From Leucoraja erinacea (Eukaryota), in assembly GCF_028641065.1 (NCBI RefSeq), contig NC_073400.1:31868001-31932000 (forward strand): a stretch of 64,000 nt of DNA, given 5' to 3'. Made by a program: the position numbers and the translations under genes. Positions 37,346 through 48,824 of the stretch are shown in pieces. The notes beneath the pieces are model-generated. The model was not told the origin of the DNA. It worked only from the letters and a program-made list of their open reading frames with translations, and did not search any database. How positions within the stretch are numbered: the stretch's first letter is position 1; every line of letters starts with the position of its first letter.

Positions 37346-40300
37346 AACCTCACACTGACCCAGCACAGGCCCCCCCATGTGACAGAAGCAACAGGCAGTG
37401 GCAGGACAGCACAAACACACAATAACATCCATCATTATAAACTTCACACACTTAGGCCAACAACAGCATTCTATATTGTAGTCACTTAATTGATCATGAG
37501 GGGAATAGAGGGGTGAACACAAAACATCTTTTACCTGGGGTACGGGAATCAAGAACCAGAGGGACATAAGTTTAAGGTTAGAGGGGCAAGATTTAATAGG
37601 AACCTGAGGGGCAACATTTTCACTCAGGGGGCGGTGGGTTTATAGAACTGTCTGGTGGGGTGGGAATTGTAACAATATTTAATACACACTTGGGACAGGG
37701 AAAGGTTTAGGGGGATATGGGGCAAATGTAGTGCAATGGGACAGATCGTGCTTGCATTGGTAAATGTATCATTAATGGAAATAAACTCTCTTGAAGACAG
37801 CCGGTGTGAGTGATTCTTTGTACGCCAGCATTGAGTTGGGTGTGAACTTTGTGCAACTCTTGCTCACTACGGGCAACATCGCCGGCTTCTATGAGCTGTG
37901 TCCAACATTGTCCATGACCACACGGGGACGGAACAACATGTGGAAAATCATGGAGTCCACAGGTGTTGAGAACAGGAACAAAAATAACGGGGAATGTTGT
38001 CAGGAACAAAACAGGGGCAAAAGTAAAGGCAGATGACTATATTTAAGAGGGAGTTAGATGTGGCCCTTGTGGCTAAAGGGATTAGGGGGTATGGAGAGAA
38101 GGCAGGTACAGGATACTGAGTTGGATGATCATCCATGATCATATTGAATGGCGGTGCTGGCTCGAAGGGCCGAATGGCCTCTACTCCTGCACCTATTTTC
38201 TATGTTTCTATGACACAAAAGTAGGCGGTTTTGCAGATAGTGGAGATGGTTGTGAAAAATTGCAGCAGGATCCTGAAATATTGGCCAGTTGGGCTGAGGA
38301 ACGGTTGATGGAATTTAATACAGAGTAATGTGAGGTGTTGTGTTTTGGGGAGTCTAACATGTGCAGGACCTACACAGTGAATAGTCCAGCTCTGAGGAAT
38401 GTTGTATAGCAGAGGGATCTATGAGTGAAGGTACATGGTTCCTTGAAGATGCAGTTGCAGGTAGATACGGTGGTCAAAAAAACTTTTGGTACTTTGGCCT
38501 TCATCAGTCACAGTATGGAGTATAGAGGTTGGGAGGTCATCTTGCGTTGGTGAGGCAACATTTAGATCCCAATGTTTAAAGAACAGTGAGTCAGGTACAT
38601 GGAGAGGCCAGGTTTGGAGGGATATGAACCAAACACAGGCAGGTGAGACTAGTGTAGCTGGGACATGTTGGCCAGTGTGGGCAAGTTGGGCCGAAGGGCC
38701 TGTTTCCACACTGTATCACTCTATGACTCTATTACACTATGACATTAAATAAGTAATGATTAACAAAATGAAACTTCACATAACTCCCATCTTCTCCTCT
38801 GGCTGTCTACACAACACACTCGTTGACTGCAGCAGATACAATGAATGTCACACTGGTGGTACCTGGGCACCTCTGGAAAATGTTCTTCTCAAGATGTGAT
38901 TGAGAAGATGATGTAACATAGAACATGGAACAGCACAGGAACAGGCCCTTCGGCCCACAAGGTCCATGCTGAACATGATGCCAAGTTCAGCTAATCTCCT
39001 CTGCCTGCACCTGATCCATAATCTCAATTCCCTGCATATCCATGAGACTTTTTAGATAAAGACTCTGAACTATTGTATCTGCCTCCACCACCCACAGCAT
39101 CGTGTTCCAGGCACCCACCACCCTCTGTGTCCCGCACATCTTTAAAATTTTCCTATCTCAATAGACAATAGACAATAGGTGCAGGAGTTGGCCATTCGGC
39201 CCTTCGAGCCAGCACCGCCATTCACTGTGATCACCGCCATCCACAATCAGTACCCCATTCTTGCCTTCTCCCCATATCCCTTGACTCCGCTATATTTAAG
39301 AGCTCTATCTAACTCTCTCTTGAAAGCCTCCTACCCTAAAGCGATGCCCTCTAGTCTTTGGCATTTCCACTCTGCGCAAATTGGTTCTGACTGTCTAACC
39401 TAGAGAACCTGTCTGGCTCTCATTGAAACATAGAAACATAGAAATTAGGTGCAGGAGTAGGCCATTCGGCCTTTCGAGCCTGCACCGCCATTCAATATGA
39501 TCATGGCTGATCATCCAACTCAGTATCCTGCACCTGCCTTCTCTCCATACCCCCTGATCCCTTTAGCCACAAGGGCCACATCTAACTCCCTCATAAAATA
39601 AAGCCAATGAACTGGCCTCAAATATCTTCTGTGGCAGAGAATTCCACAGATTCACCACTCTCTGTGTGAAAATTGTTTTTTCTCATCTCAGTCCTAAAAG
39701 ATTTCCCCCTTATCCTTAAACTGTGACCCCTTGTCCTGGACTTCCCCAACATCGGGAACAATCTTCCTGCATCTAGCCAGTCCAACCCCTTAAGAATTTT
39801 ATTACCTTCTGTCAGCTCTCCGCTCAACATCTGAAGTCCTAGAGAAACCAATCCAAGATTATCCAACCTGTCCATATAACTTGCTATTGAGGGAGTGCAA
39901 CGTAGGTTTACCAGGTTAATACTCGGGATGGCGGGACTGACATGTCAACTTCTTCTTTCGTGTGGCGTGCACAGCCTAAAGTTGTAGGACAACTTGTTCT
40001 ATTTGATGTTTAAGTAGAAACTGCAGATACTGGAAAATCAAAGGTACACAAAAATGCTGGAGAAACTCAGCGGGTGCAGCAGCATCTATGGAGCGAAGGA
40101 AATAGGCAACGTTTCGTCCCGAAGGTTCCTGGAGGTTGCAGGTGGTTGCCGGAGGTTGCAGGTAGTGGAAGCAGGTAGGGAGACAGGCAAAAACCTCCGG
40201 GAACCGCACGGAAACCTTGGGTGGGGCGCAAAGTCTCCAGAGATTTCCGTTCACGTTTCCCAAGTGGGACAGGGGCATTAGTGCAACCTTGGACATTCCA

Positions 40301-40439
40301 TAGACGTTCATCGTTGACCTCAGTGTCGTGTCGTGTTCAACAGCCTGATGGTTGTTGGGAAGGAAGAATTGATCCAACGCCATCCCAGCTGCCGGCTCAG
40401 ATTGAGTATAAACTGTGGAACCAGCGCAGGTGCCAAGGG

Positions 40440-40791
40440 CTGTGGTGGTGACGTGGCGTGGCTGGGACATCTGGTCCGATGGGTGGCCAAAACGAGACGT
40501 GGTGGAGACACAAGCAGGATGTGTGGGGCGCCTGGTTGGCCGCTGGCAGCTGGGATGACGTTGTTCTTGTTAAACGTTAACGGCTGATGCAACGACACGT
40601 TTGGCAGAGGGTGGAGAGGTCGCGGCTGACTCCGGCCAATGCTCCGTGGGAGGCAGTGATTGGTTGAATGTACGTGAGGGCAGACAATGAGGGGCAGGAG
40701 AAGCCGGGAGTCGGTATAAAAGGAGCGAGCGATGGCAGGAGATGAGAACAAGACCGACCCCGTCACCCTGTGTGGAGACTCCGGAGCTGGT
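40440..40791 (+). promoter_or_regulatory. Promoter and non-coding exon 1 of V gene copy D
   Basis: TGACGTGG at 40449-40456, CCAAT-N9-CCACG on the reverse strand at 40645-40663, TATAAAAG at 40715-40722 and donor at 40790. Confidence 0.65.
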
Positions 40792-41410
40792 AACCAACCC
40801 TGTGGATCCTTCAAGTGTCTGTGAGTGATGGGGGTGGGATTGTCTCTGTTCACTGTTCCCCCAGTTCAGAAGCCTGATAGCAGAGGGGAAGAAGCTGTTC
40901 CTGAGTCTGGTGGTGCGCGCTTTCAAGCTTCTGTACCATCTGCTAGACAGGACCAGAGAGAAGGAGGAATGACCGGGGTGGGACAAGTCTTTGATTTTTT
41001 TGGTTGTAGATGGAGTCACTGGTGGGGAGTGTGGTCTGTGTGATGGACTGGGCTCCATCCACAACTCTGCAATATCTTGTGATCTTGGGCTCAGAGCTGT
41101 TCCCAAACCAAGCTGTGATGCAACCCCACAGTCTGCTCTCTGTGGTGCATCTGTAGAAGGTCCTAAGAGACATTGGAGACTTGTCGTATTTCCTCTGTCT
41201 CTGAGGAAGTCGATGCATTGGTGTGCCTCCTTGGCTGCCACTTCAATGTTGTTGGTCCACGACAGGTCAAAGCAACTTAAACTAAACCAGGCGGGAGCTG
41301 TAGAAGCTGCACAGCGACATTGCCCAGTGTGGTGGCAGCAGCTTCAGGGAATGTCATCATGAATCCTACTGAGTTGCAATAAGGTGACCCATTGTTTCAC
41401 CCACAGGAAC

Positions 41411-41926
41411 ATGGGACTGCAGAGATGGATAGGATTCATGGTCCTTGTGGAGATGGTGTGGCAAGTCTCCGCAACTGGAACAGGTCCGATCTCCAGAGAA
41501 TGGGGAGAGGAAGCAAACTTGCCCGGGTGGAACGCACGGGAGCCTCGACAAGTCAACAAACAAGATACTCCAGAATGCGGTGCTAGGCCAGCTGCGATCA
41601 AGATGAAATACACGGATATAACGGCACGCAAGAGTGGTTCAGCTACGCTACCCTGCAAAGTACCCACAGGGAAGGATGGACCCAAGACTTTTGTGGTCAC
41701 CTGGAGTAAAGGGAGCGGGACACTGGGCGTGTTGACTGAAGGGGAAGGTGCCAATTATCCAGGGGGGACCGACCGATGGAGGTTCATGAATACAAACGTG
41801 GTTGAGACACGGGATGCCTCGTTGATCATCACAAGTTTACGAGAGACTGATATTGGGATATATTCCTGCGCTTGGTTCACTGGCCAAAAGGAATGTAGAC
41901 TAAATATCAAGCTGACAGTGAACTGA
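41411..41926 (+). CDS. Secreted single V-set Ig-domain protein, copy D (171 aa, REPR site)
   Basis: Intact ORF paralogous to copy C, with SGSATLPC, VTW and DASLIITSLRETDIGIYSC. All four Cys are conserved. Confidence 0.9.
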   Translation: MGLQRWIGFMVLVEMVWQVSATGTGPISREWGEEANLPGWNAREPRQVNKQDTPECGARPAAIKMKYTDITARKSGSATLPCKVPTGKDGPKTFVVTWSKGSGTLGVLTEGEGANYPGGTDRWRFMNTNVVETRDASLIITSLRETDIGIYSCAWFTGQKECRLNIKLTVN

Positions 41927-42709
41927 AACCTCACACAGATTCAGCACAGCCCCCCCCCCCCATGTGTCAGCAACAACAGGCAATGGCAGGACAGCACAAA
42001 CACACAATAACATCCATCATTATAAACTTCACACACTTAGGCCAACAACAGCATTCTATATTGTAGTCACTTAATTCATCATGTGGGGAATAGAGGGGTG
42101 AACACAAAACATCTTTTACCTGGGGTACGGGAATCAAGAACCAGGGGGACATAAGTTTAGGGTGAGAGGGGCAAGATTTAATAGGAACCTGAAGGGCAAC
42201 ATTTTCACTCAGGGGGCGGTGGGTTTATAGAACCGTCTGGTGGGGTGGGAATTGTAACAATATTTAATACACACTTGGGACAGGGAAAGGTTTAGGGGGA
42301 TATGGGGCAAATGTAGTGCAATGGGACAGATCGTGCTTGCATCGGTAAATGTATCATTAATGGAAATAAACTCTCTTGAAGACAGCCGGTGTGAGTGAAT
42401 CTTTGTACGCCAGCATTGAGTTGGGTGTGAACTTTGTGCAACTCTTGCTCACTACGGGCAACATCGCCGGCTTCTGTGAGCTGTGTCCAACATTGTCCAT
42501 GACCACACGGGGACGGAACAACATGTGGAAAATCATGGAGTCCGCAGGAACAAAAGTAAAAGGGAATGTTGTCAGGAACAAAACAGGAACAGAAGTAAAG
42601 GGAGATGACACAAAAGTAGGCGGTTTTGCAGATAGTGGAGATGGTTGTGATAAATTGCAGCAGCATCCTGAAATAATGGCCAGGTGGGCTGAGGAACGGT
42701 TGATGGAAA

Positions 42710-44560
42710 ACTCTTTGGTGCTGCGGATACCATGACCATGCAGCGAGCGTCCTTGTGTGTCAGTTCCCACAGGGGTCAGATATGTCGCTGAGGTTGGGAA
42801 TAAATTTCCCCTGGTAGTTGACCATTCCAAGGAACCTTTGTAGGCTCACGACATCAGCAGGAACCAGCATTTTGTTGATAGGTGCAGTTTTTGATGGGTC
42901 TGGTCTGAGACCATCACTTGTGAAGACATGTCCAACGTCAGTATCTTCTGGAACTCGAAACTTGCCCTTCAAGGGATTGAGTTTGAGCTGAATGCCTTTG
43001 GCATTGTATAGTTCTTTCTTCAGATTGGCGTCATGTTCAGTCCAATCACGTCTGCAGACGAGAATGTCATCAACAATGATGGCGCATGGGTACTCAACAA
43101 ACAATTGTTCCATCGTGCGCTGGAAAACGTCGCTGGCAGAGTTGATGCCAAAGGGCATTCTCAGAAATTTGTATCGGCCAAAGGGGGTGCCGAATGAAAT
43201 GAGATTGGACGAGTCTGGGTCCAGTGGAATCTTCCAAAACGAGCTCTTGGCGTCCAGAATTGAGAATACTGATGTGTTGCCTACCTGAGCAGCAACTTCC
43301 TCTAATAATCGCATTGGGTAGTGTGGCCGTTTGATGGCAGTTAAGGTCTCTGGGGTTTATGCAGATATGGACCTCCTCTTTGTTTTTCTTTGTTGCAACC
43401 ACCATTGGGGAAACCCAGTCAGATGGGTCTGTAACCTCGGCAATAACACCCATGGAGACCATCCGCTTGAGTTCATTGTGTACTCTGTCACGCATGGCAT
43501 GCAGAGCATGATGCTGTTCTCGGACCACAGGAGTTATGTTGGGATCGACAACAATGTGGTATTTGACAGGCAATTTGCTAAGCTTGGCGTTAAACAGATC
43601 TTTGTATTGAGAGAGTACCTGTTGAGTGTGTCCATCAGCGAGAAAGAGTTGATGGACGGCGTAGCCAAACTATACCAGGCCTAGATCGTGGATTGCGTTG
43701 ATACTGAGCAAAGTCTCTGAATCCCCCTTAACAATATAAACCTTTAAGGTATGAGTCTGCTCGTCTATGGGGCACTTTAAATCAGCTTGTCCAAGAGGGT
43801 GTAGAACATCTCCCCCGTAAGTCCAAAGCGTGGCCGAGGCCTTTTCAATACATGCAGCATAACGAATTTTTAAAACTCTGTTAACGAGATGACATTGCAT
43901 TTTGCGCCAGTATCAACCTTAGCGATTAAAGGCCTGTTAATCACAAACATGGTTACCTCCGGGTCAAGTTGCTTGTTAGACGAAGGGAGGGGAGAATGTA
44001 TCTGTACTTTCTGAGAGTGGAGCGGGGGATGGCAAATCAAGCTCTTGGAAGTCATTATCAACAAGCTCATGTTGCAGCAGGTGCAGGCTCATCCTTGACG
44101 CTGCTTGAGTCACACGGGAACGGCAGCATCGAGAAAAGTGGTTTAACTTCTTGCAGAAATTACAGGCTTTACCATAAGCAACGCAGAACTGCTGACACCT
44201 AGCAAGAAAATAGTTGCAATTTTGACATCGAACAGACCTTGTATGTGTGTTACAAGAGGAGTAGTCTGCAAGATTAACACTATGCTGCGAACAGTGACCA
44301 GAGGACACAGACTCAGTGTGGGAAGATGTTATCTCAGCATCCAACAGGCATGCTCTGCTTGATTAAGGGTTAGGTCAGTATTACAAAGAAGTTCACCCCG
44401 TAACTTGCTATCAAGCATTCCTCCAACAAGTTTGTCATGGATGAGTTCTTCGCACAGATCTCGAAATTAGCAGCGTGCAGCCATTTGTTTTAAGTCACTG
44501 ATAAAACCTTTGGTTCACCAACCTGTTGCATACGAGCATAAAACTTGGTCCGTTCAATAA
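42710..44560 (-). mobile_element. Ty3/Gypsy LTR retrotransposon internal fragment (gag-protease-RT), decayed
   Basis: Zinc knuckle CNFCKKLNHFSRCC, protease VDTGAKCNVI and RT LDAKSSFWKIPL...YKFLRMPFGINSASDVFQ...IIVDDILV. Frameshifted; no LTRs seen. Confidence 0.88.
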
Positions 44561-45389
44561 TATGCTCAAGAAGGAACTGCAGATGCTGGAAGATCAAAGG
44601 TACACAAAAATGCTGGAGAAACTCTGATCTGTTCTGTAGTAAATGCCTACTATGTTCTGTTGTGCTGAAGCAAAGCAAGAATGTCATTGTCCTATTAGGG
44701 ACACATGACAATCAACTCACTTGAACACTTGAACTTGAGTGATCGCCAGTCCAGTGAATTGGCCTCCACTGCCCTCTGTGGCAGAGAATTCCACAGATTC
44801 ACAACTCTCTGGGTGAAAAGTTTTTTTTCATCTCGGTCCTAAATGGCCGACTCCTTATTCTTAAACTGTGTGGCCCCTGGTTCTGGACTCCCCCAACATT
44901 GGGAATATTTTTCCTGCATCTATCTAGTCTGCCGGATCCCTTAAGAATTTTATATGTTTTTATAAGTTCCAGTCTCATCCTAAATTCCAGTGAATACAAG
45001 CACATTCGATCCATTCCTTCGTCATATGTCAGGGGTTGAAGATTGCAAACTTCACGAGGTCCGCCCTGTTTCGACTAATGCAATCAATTCGACGAGCACA
45101 AACGGAAGATCAAATGGAACAAAGGTAGACAAAAATGCTGGAGAACCTCAGCGGGTGCAGCAGCATCTATGGAGCGAAGGAAATAGGCAACGTTTTCGTC
45201 CCGAAACCCTTCTAGAAATAGGCAACGTTTCGGGCCGAAACCCTTCCGGGTTTCGGCCCGAAACGTCGCATATTTCCTTCGCTCCATAGATGCTGCTGCA
45301 CCCGCTGAGTTTCTCCAGCATTTTTGTCTACCTCCGTTCAATAATATAGTGGTGGAGTCTCTTGGAGTCTCTTGGAGTTAGTTGAGGCA

Positions 45390-45745
45390 GGCTTCTGAAC
45401 TGGGCGAACAGTGAACAGAGACAATCCCACCCCCATCACTCACAGACACTTGAAGGATCCACAGGGTTGGTTACCAGCTCCGGAGTCTCCACACAGGGTG
45501 ACGGGGTCGGTCTTGTTCTCATCTCCTGCCATCGCTCGCTCCTTTTATACCGACTCCCGGCTTCTCCTGCCCCTCATTGTCTGCCCTCACGTACATTCAA
45601 CCAATCACTGCCTCCCACGGAGCATTGGCCGGAGTCAGCCGCGACCTCTCCACCCTCTGCCAAACGTGTCGTTGCATCAGCCGTTAACGTTTAACAAGAA
45701 CAACGTCATCCCAGATGCCAGTCTCCACCACGTCTCGTTCTGGTC
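45390..45745 (-). promoter_or_regulatory. Orphan copy of the V-gene promoter/exon 1 without a coding exon
   Basis: TATA at 45542-45549 and ERSE at 45601-45619. Has the same junction sequence (tggtcaactcatcacagttgaggcag) as at about 29085; no V exon follows. Confidence 0.6.
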
Positions 45746-47339
45746 AACTCATCACAGTTGAGGCAGAAACTATCCCGACGTTTAAGAAACAGTTAAACAG
45801 GAACGTGGATAGGTCAGATTTAGAAGGATATGGACCAAACGTGGACAGGTGGGACTAGTGTAGCTGGGACATGTTGGCCAGTGTGGGCAAGTTGGGCCGA
45901 AGGGCCTGTTTCCACACTGTATCACTCTATGACTCTATTACACTACGACATTAAATAAATAATGATTACAAAATGAAACTCCACATAAATCCCATCTTCT
46001 CCTCTGGCCGTCTACACAACACACTCATTGACTGCAGCAGATACAATGAATGTCACACTGGTGGTACCAGGGCACCTCTGGAAAATGTTCTTATCAAGAT
46101 GTGATTGAGAAGACTATGTAACATAGAACATGGAACAGCACAGGAACAGGCCCTTCGGCCCACAAGGTCCGTGCTGAACATGAAGCCAAGTTCAGCTAAT
46201 CTCCTCTGCCTGCACCTGATCCATAATCTCAATTCCCTGCATGACCATGAGATTTTTTAGATAAAGACTCTGAACTATTGTATCTGCCTCCACTTGTATC
46301 TTTAAATGTTTCCTATCTCAATAGACAATAGACAATAGACAATAGGTGCAGGAGTTGGCCATTCGGCCCTTCGAGCCTGCACCGCCATTCAATATGATCA
46401 TGGCTGATCATCCAACTCAGTATCCCGTACCTGCCTTCTCTTCATACCCCCTGATCCCTTTAGCCACAAGGGCCACATCTAACTCCTTCTTAAATATAGC
46501 CAATGAACTGGCCTCAAATATCTTCTGTGGCAGAGAATTCCAGAGATTCACCACTCTCTGTGTGAAAAATGCTTTTCTCATCTCGGTCCTAAAAGATTTC
46601 CCCCTTATCCTTAAACTGTGACCCCTTGTTCTGGACTTCCCCAACATCGGGAACAATCTTCCTGCATCTAGCCTGTCTAACCCCTTAAGAATTTTATTAC
46701 CTTCTGTCAGGTCTCCGCTCAACATCTGAAGTTCTAGAGAAACCAATCCAAGATTATCCAACCTGTCCATATAACTTGCTATTGAGGGAGTGCAACGTAG
46801 GTTCACCAGGTTAATACCCGGGATGGCGGGACTGACATGTCAACTTCTTCTTTCGTGTGGCGTCCACAGCCTAAAGTTGAAGGACAACTTGTTCTATTTG
46901 ATGTTGAAGAAGAAACAGCAGATACTGGAAAATCGAAGGTACACAAAAATGCTGGAGAAACTCAGCGGGTGCAGCAGCATCTATGGAGCGAGGGAAATAG
47001 GCAACGTTTCGTCCCGAAGGTTCCCAGAGGTTGCAGGTGGTTGCCGGAGGTTGCAGGTAGTGGAGGCATGTAGGGAGACAGACAAAAACCTCCGGGAACC
47101 GCACGGAAACCTTGGGTGGGGCGCAAAGTCTCCAGAGGTTTCCGTTCAGGTTTCCCAAGTGGGACAGGGGCATTAGTGCAACCTTGGACATTCCATAGAC
47201 GTTCATCGTTGACCTCAGTGTCGTGTCGTGTTCAACAGCCTGATGGTTGTTGGGAAGGAAGAATTGATCCAACGCCATCCCAGCTGCCGGCTCAGATTGA
47301 GTATAAACTGTGGAACCAGCGCAGGTGCCAAGGGCTGTG

Positions 47340-47690
47340 GTGGTGACGTGGCGTGGCTGGGACATCTGGTCCGATGGGTTGACCAGAACGAGACGTGGTG
47401 GAGACACAAGCAGGATATGTGGGGCGCCTGGTTGGCCGCTGGCAGCTGGGATGACGTTGTTCTTGTTAAACGTTAACGGCTGATGCAACGACACGTTTGG
47501 CAGAGGGTGGAGAGGTCGCGGCTGACTCCGGCCAATGCTCCGTGGGAGGCAGTGATTGGTTGAATGTACGTGAGGGCAGACAATGAGGGGCAGGAGAAGC
47601 CGGGAGTCGGTATAAAAGGAGCGAGCGATGGCAGGAGATGAGAACAAGACCGACCCCGTCACCCTGTGTGGAGACTCCGGAGCTGGTAAC
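47340..47690 (+). promoter_or_regulatory. Promoter and non-coding exon 1 of V gene copy E
   Basis: TGACGTGG at 47344-47351, ERSE at 47541-47559, TATAAAAG at 47611-47618 and the same donor motif. Confidence 0.65.
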
Positions 47691-48308
47691 CAACCCTGTG
47701 GATCCTTCAAGTGTCTGTGAGTGATGGGGGTGGGATTGTCTCTGTTCACTGTTCCCACAGTTCAGAAGCCTGATAGCAGAGGGGAAGAAGCTGTTCCTGA
47801 GTCTGGTGGTGCGCGCTTTCAAGCTTCTGTACCTTCTGCTAGACAGGACCAGGGGGAGAAGGAGGAATGACCGGGGTGGGGCAAGTCTTTGATTTTTTTG
47901 GTTGTAGATGGAGTCACTGGTGGGGAGTGTGGTCTGTGTGATGGACTGGGCTCCATCCACAACTCTGCAATTTCTTGTGATCTTGGGCTCAGAGCTGTTC
48001 CCAAACCAAGCTGTGATGCAACCCCACAGTCTGCTCTCTGTGGTGCATCTGTAGAAGGTCCTAAGAGACATTGGAGACTTGTCGTATTTCCTCTGTCTCT
48101 GAGGAAGTAGATGCATTGGTGTGCCTCCTTGGCTGCCACTTCAATGTTGTTGGTCCACGACAGGTCAAAGCAACTTAAACTAAACCAGGCGGGAGCTGTA
48201 GAAGCTGCACAGCGACATTGCCCAGTGTGGTGGCAGCAGCTTCAGGGAATGTCGTCATGAATCCTACTGAGTTGCAATAAGGTGACCCATTGTTTCACCC
48301 ACAGGAAC

Positions 48309-48824
48309 ATGGGACTGCAGAGATGGATAGGATTCATGGTCCTTGTGGAGATGGTGTGGCAAGTCTCCGCAACTGGAACAGGTCCGATCTCCAGAGAATG
48401 GGGAGAGGAAGCAAACTTGCCCGGGTGGAACGCACGGGAACCTCGACAAGTCAACAAACAAGATACTCCAGAATGCGGTGCTAAGCCAGCTGCGATCAAG
48501 ATGAAATACACGGATATAACGGCACGCAAGAGTGGTTCAGCTACGCTACCCTGCAAAGTACCCACAGGGAAGGATGGACCCAAGACTTTTGTGGTCACCT
48601 GGAGTAAAGGGAGCGGGACACTGGGCGTGTTGACTGAAGGGGAAGGTGCCAATTATCCAGGGGGGACCGACCGATGGAGGTTCATGAATACAAACGTGGT
48701 TGAGACACGGGATGCCTCGTTGATCATCACAAGTTTACGAGAGACTGATATTGGGATATATTCCTGCGCTTGGTTCACTGGCCAAAAGGAATGTAGACTA
48801 AATATCAAGCTGACAGTGAACTGA
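48309..48824 (+). CDS. Secreted single V-set Ig-domain protein, copy E (171 aa, near-identical to D)
   Basis: Intact ORF differing from D by one amino acid (GARP vs GAKP). The downstream flank differs from D (no Gypsy insertion). Confidence 0.88.
   Translation: MGLQRWIGFMVLVEMVWQVSATGTGPISREWGEEANLPGWNAREPRQVNKQDTPECGAKPAAIKMKYTDITARKSGSATLPCKVPTGKDGPKTFVVTWSKGSGTLGVLTEGEGANYPGGTDRWRFMNTNVVETRDASLIITSLRETDIGIYSCAWFTGQKECRLNIKLTVN

Noticed and set aside
36830-37400. Rearranging Ig/TCR/IgNAR V segment
   Set aside because: No split leader, no CACAGTG/ACAAAAACC RSS after the F-strand Cys, G strand already encoded without FGxG, and no D, J or C exons seen.
37750-38036. Unique ~290-bp segment downstream of V copies A-E with a short ORF (KTAGVSDSLYASIELGVNF...)
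   Set aside because: The frame is broken by indels among copies and I cannot assign homology on either strand. A BLASTX would settle it.
36830-38907. VCBP-like fusion of V domain and chitin-binding domain
   Set aside because: Every V ORF ends in its own stop, and the CBM14 relics are frameshifted and lie antisense to, or upstream of, the adjacent V gene.
46871-47758. Recurrent ORFs such as MNRDNPTPITHRHL... (up to 295 aa) and MSQPRHVTTT...
   Set aside because: These are antisense readings of the duplicated promoter and repeats. Frames and lengths differ between copies and no domain is recognisable.
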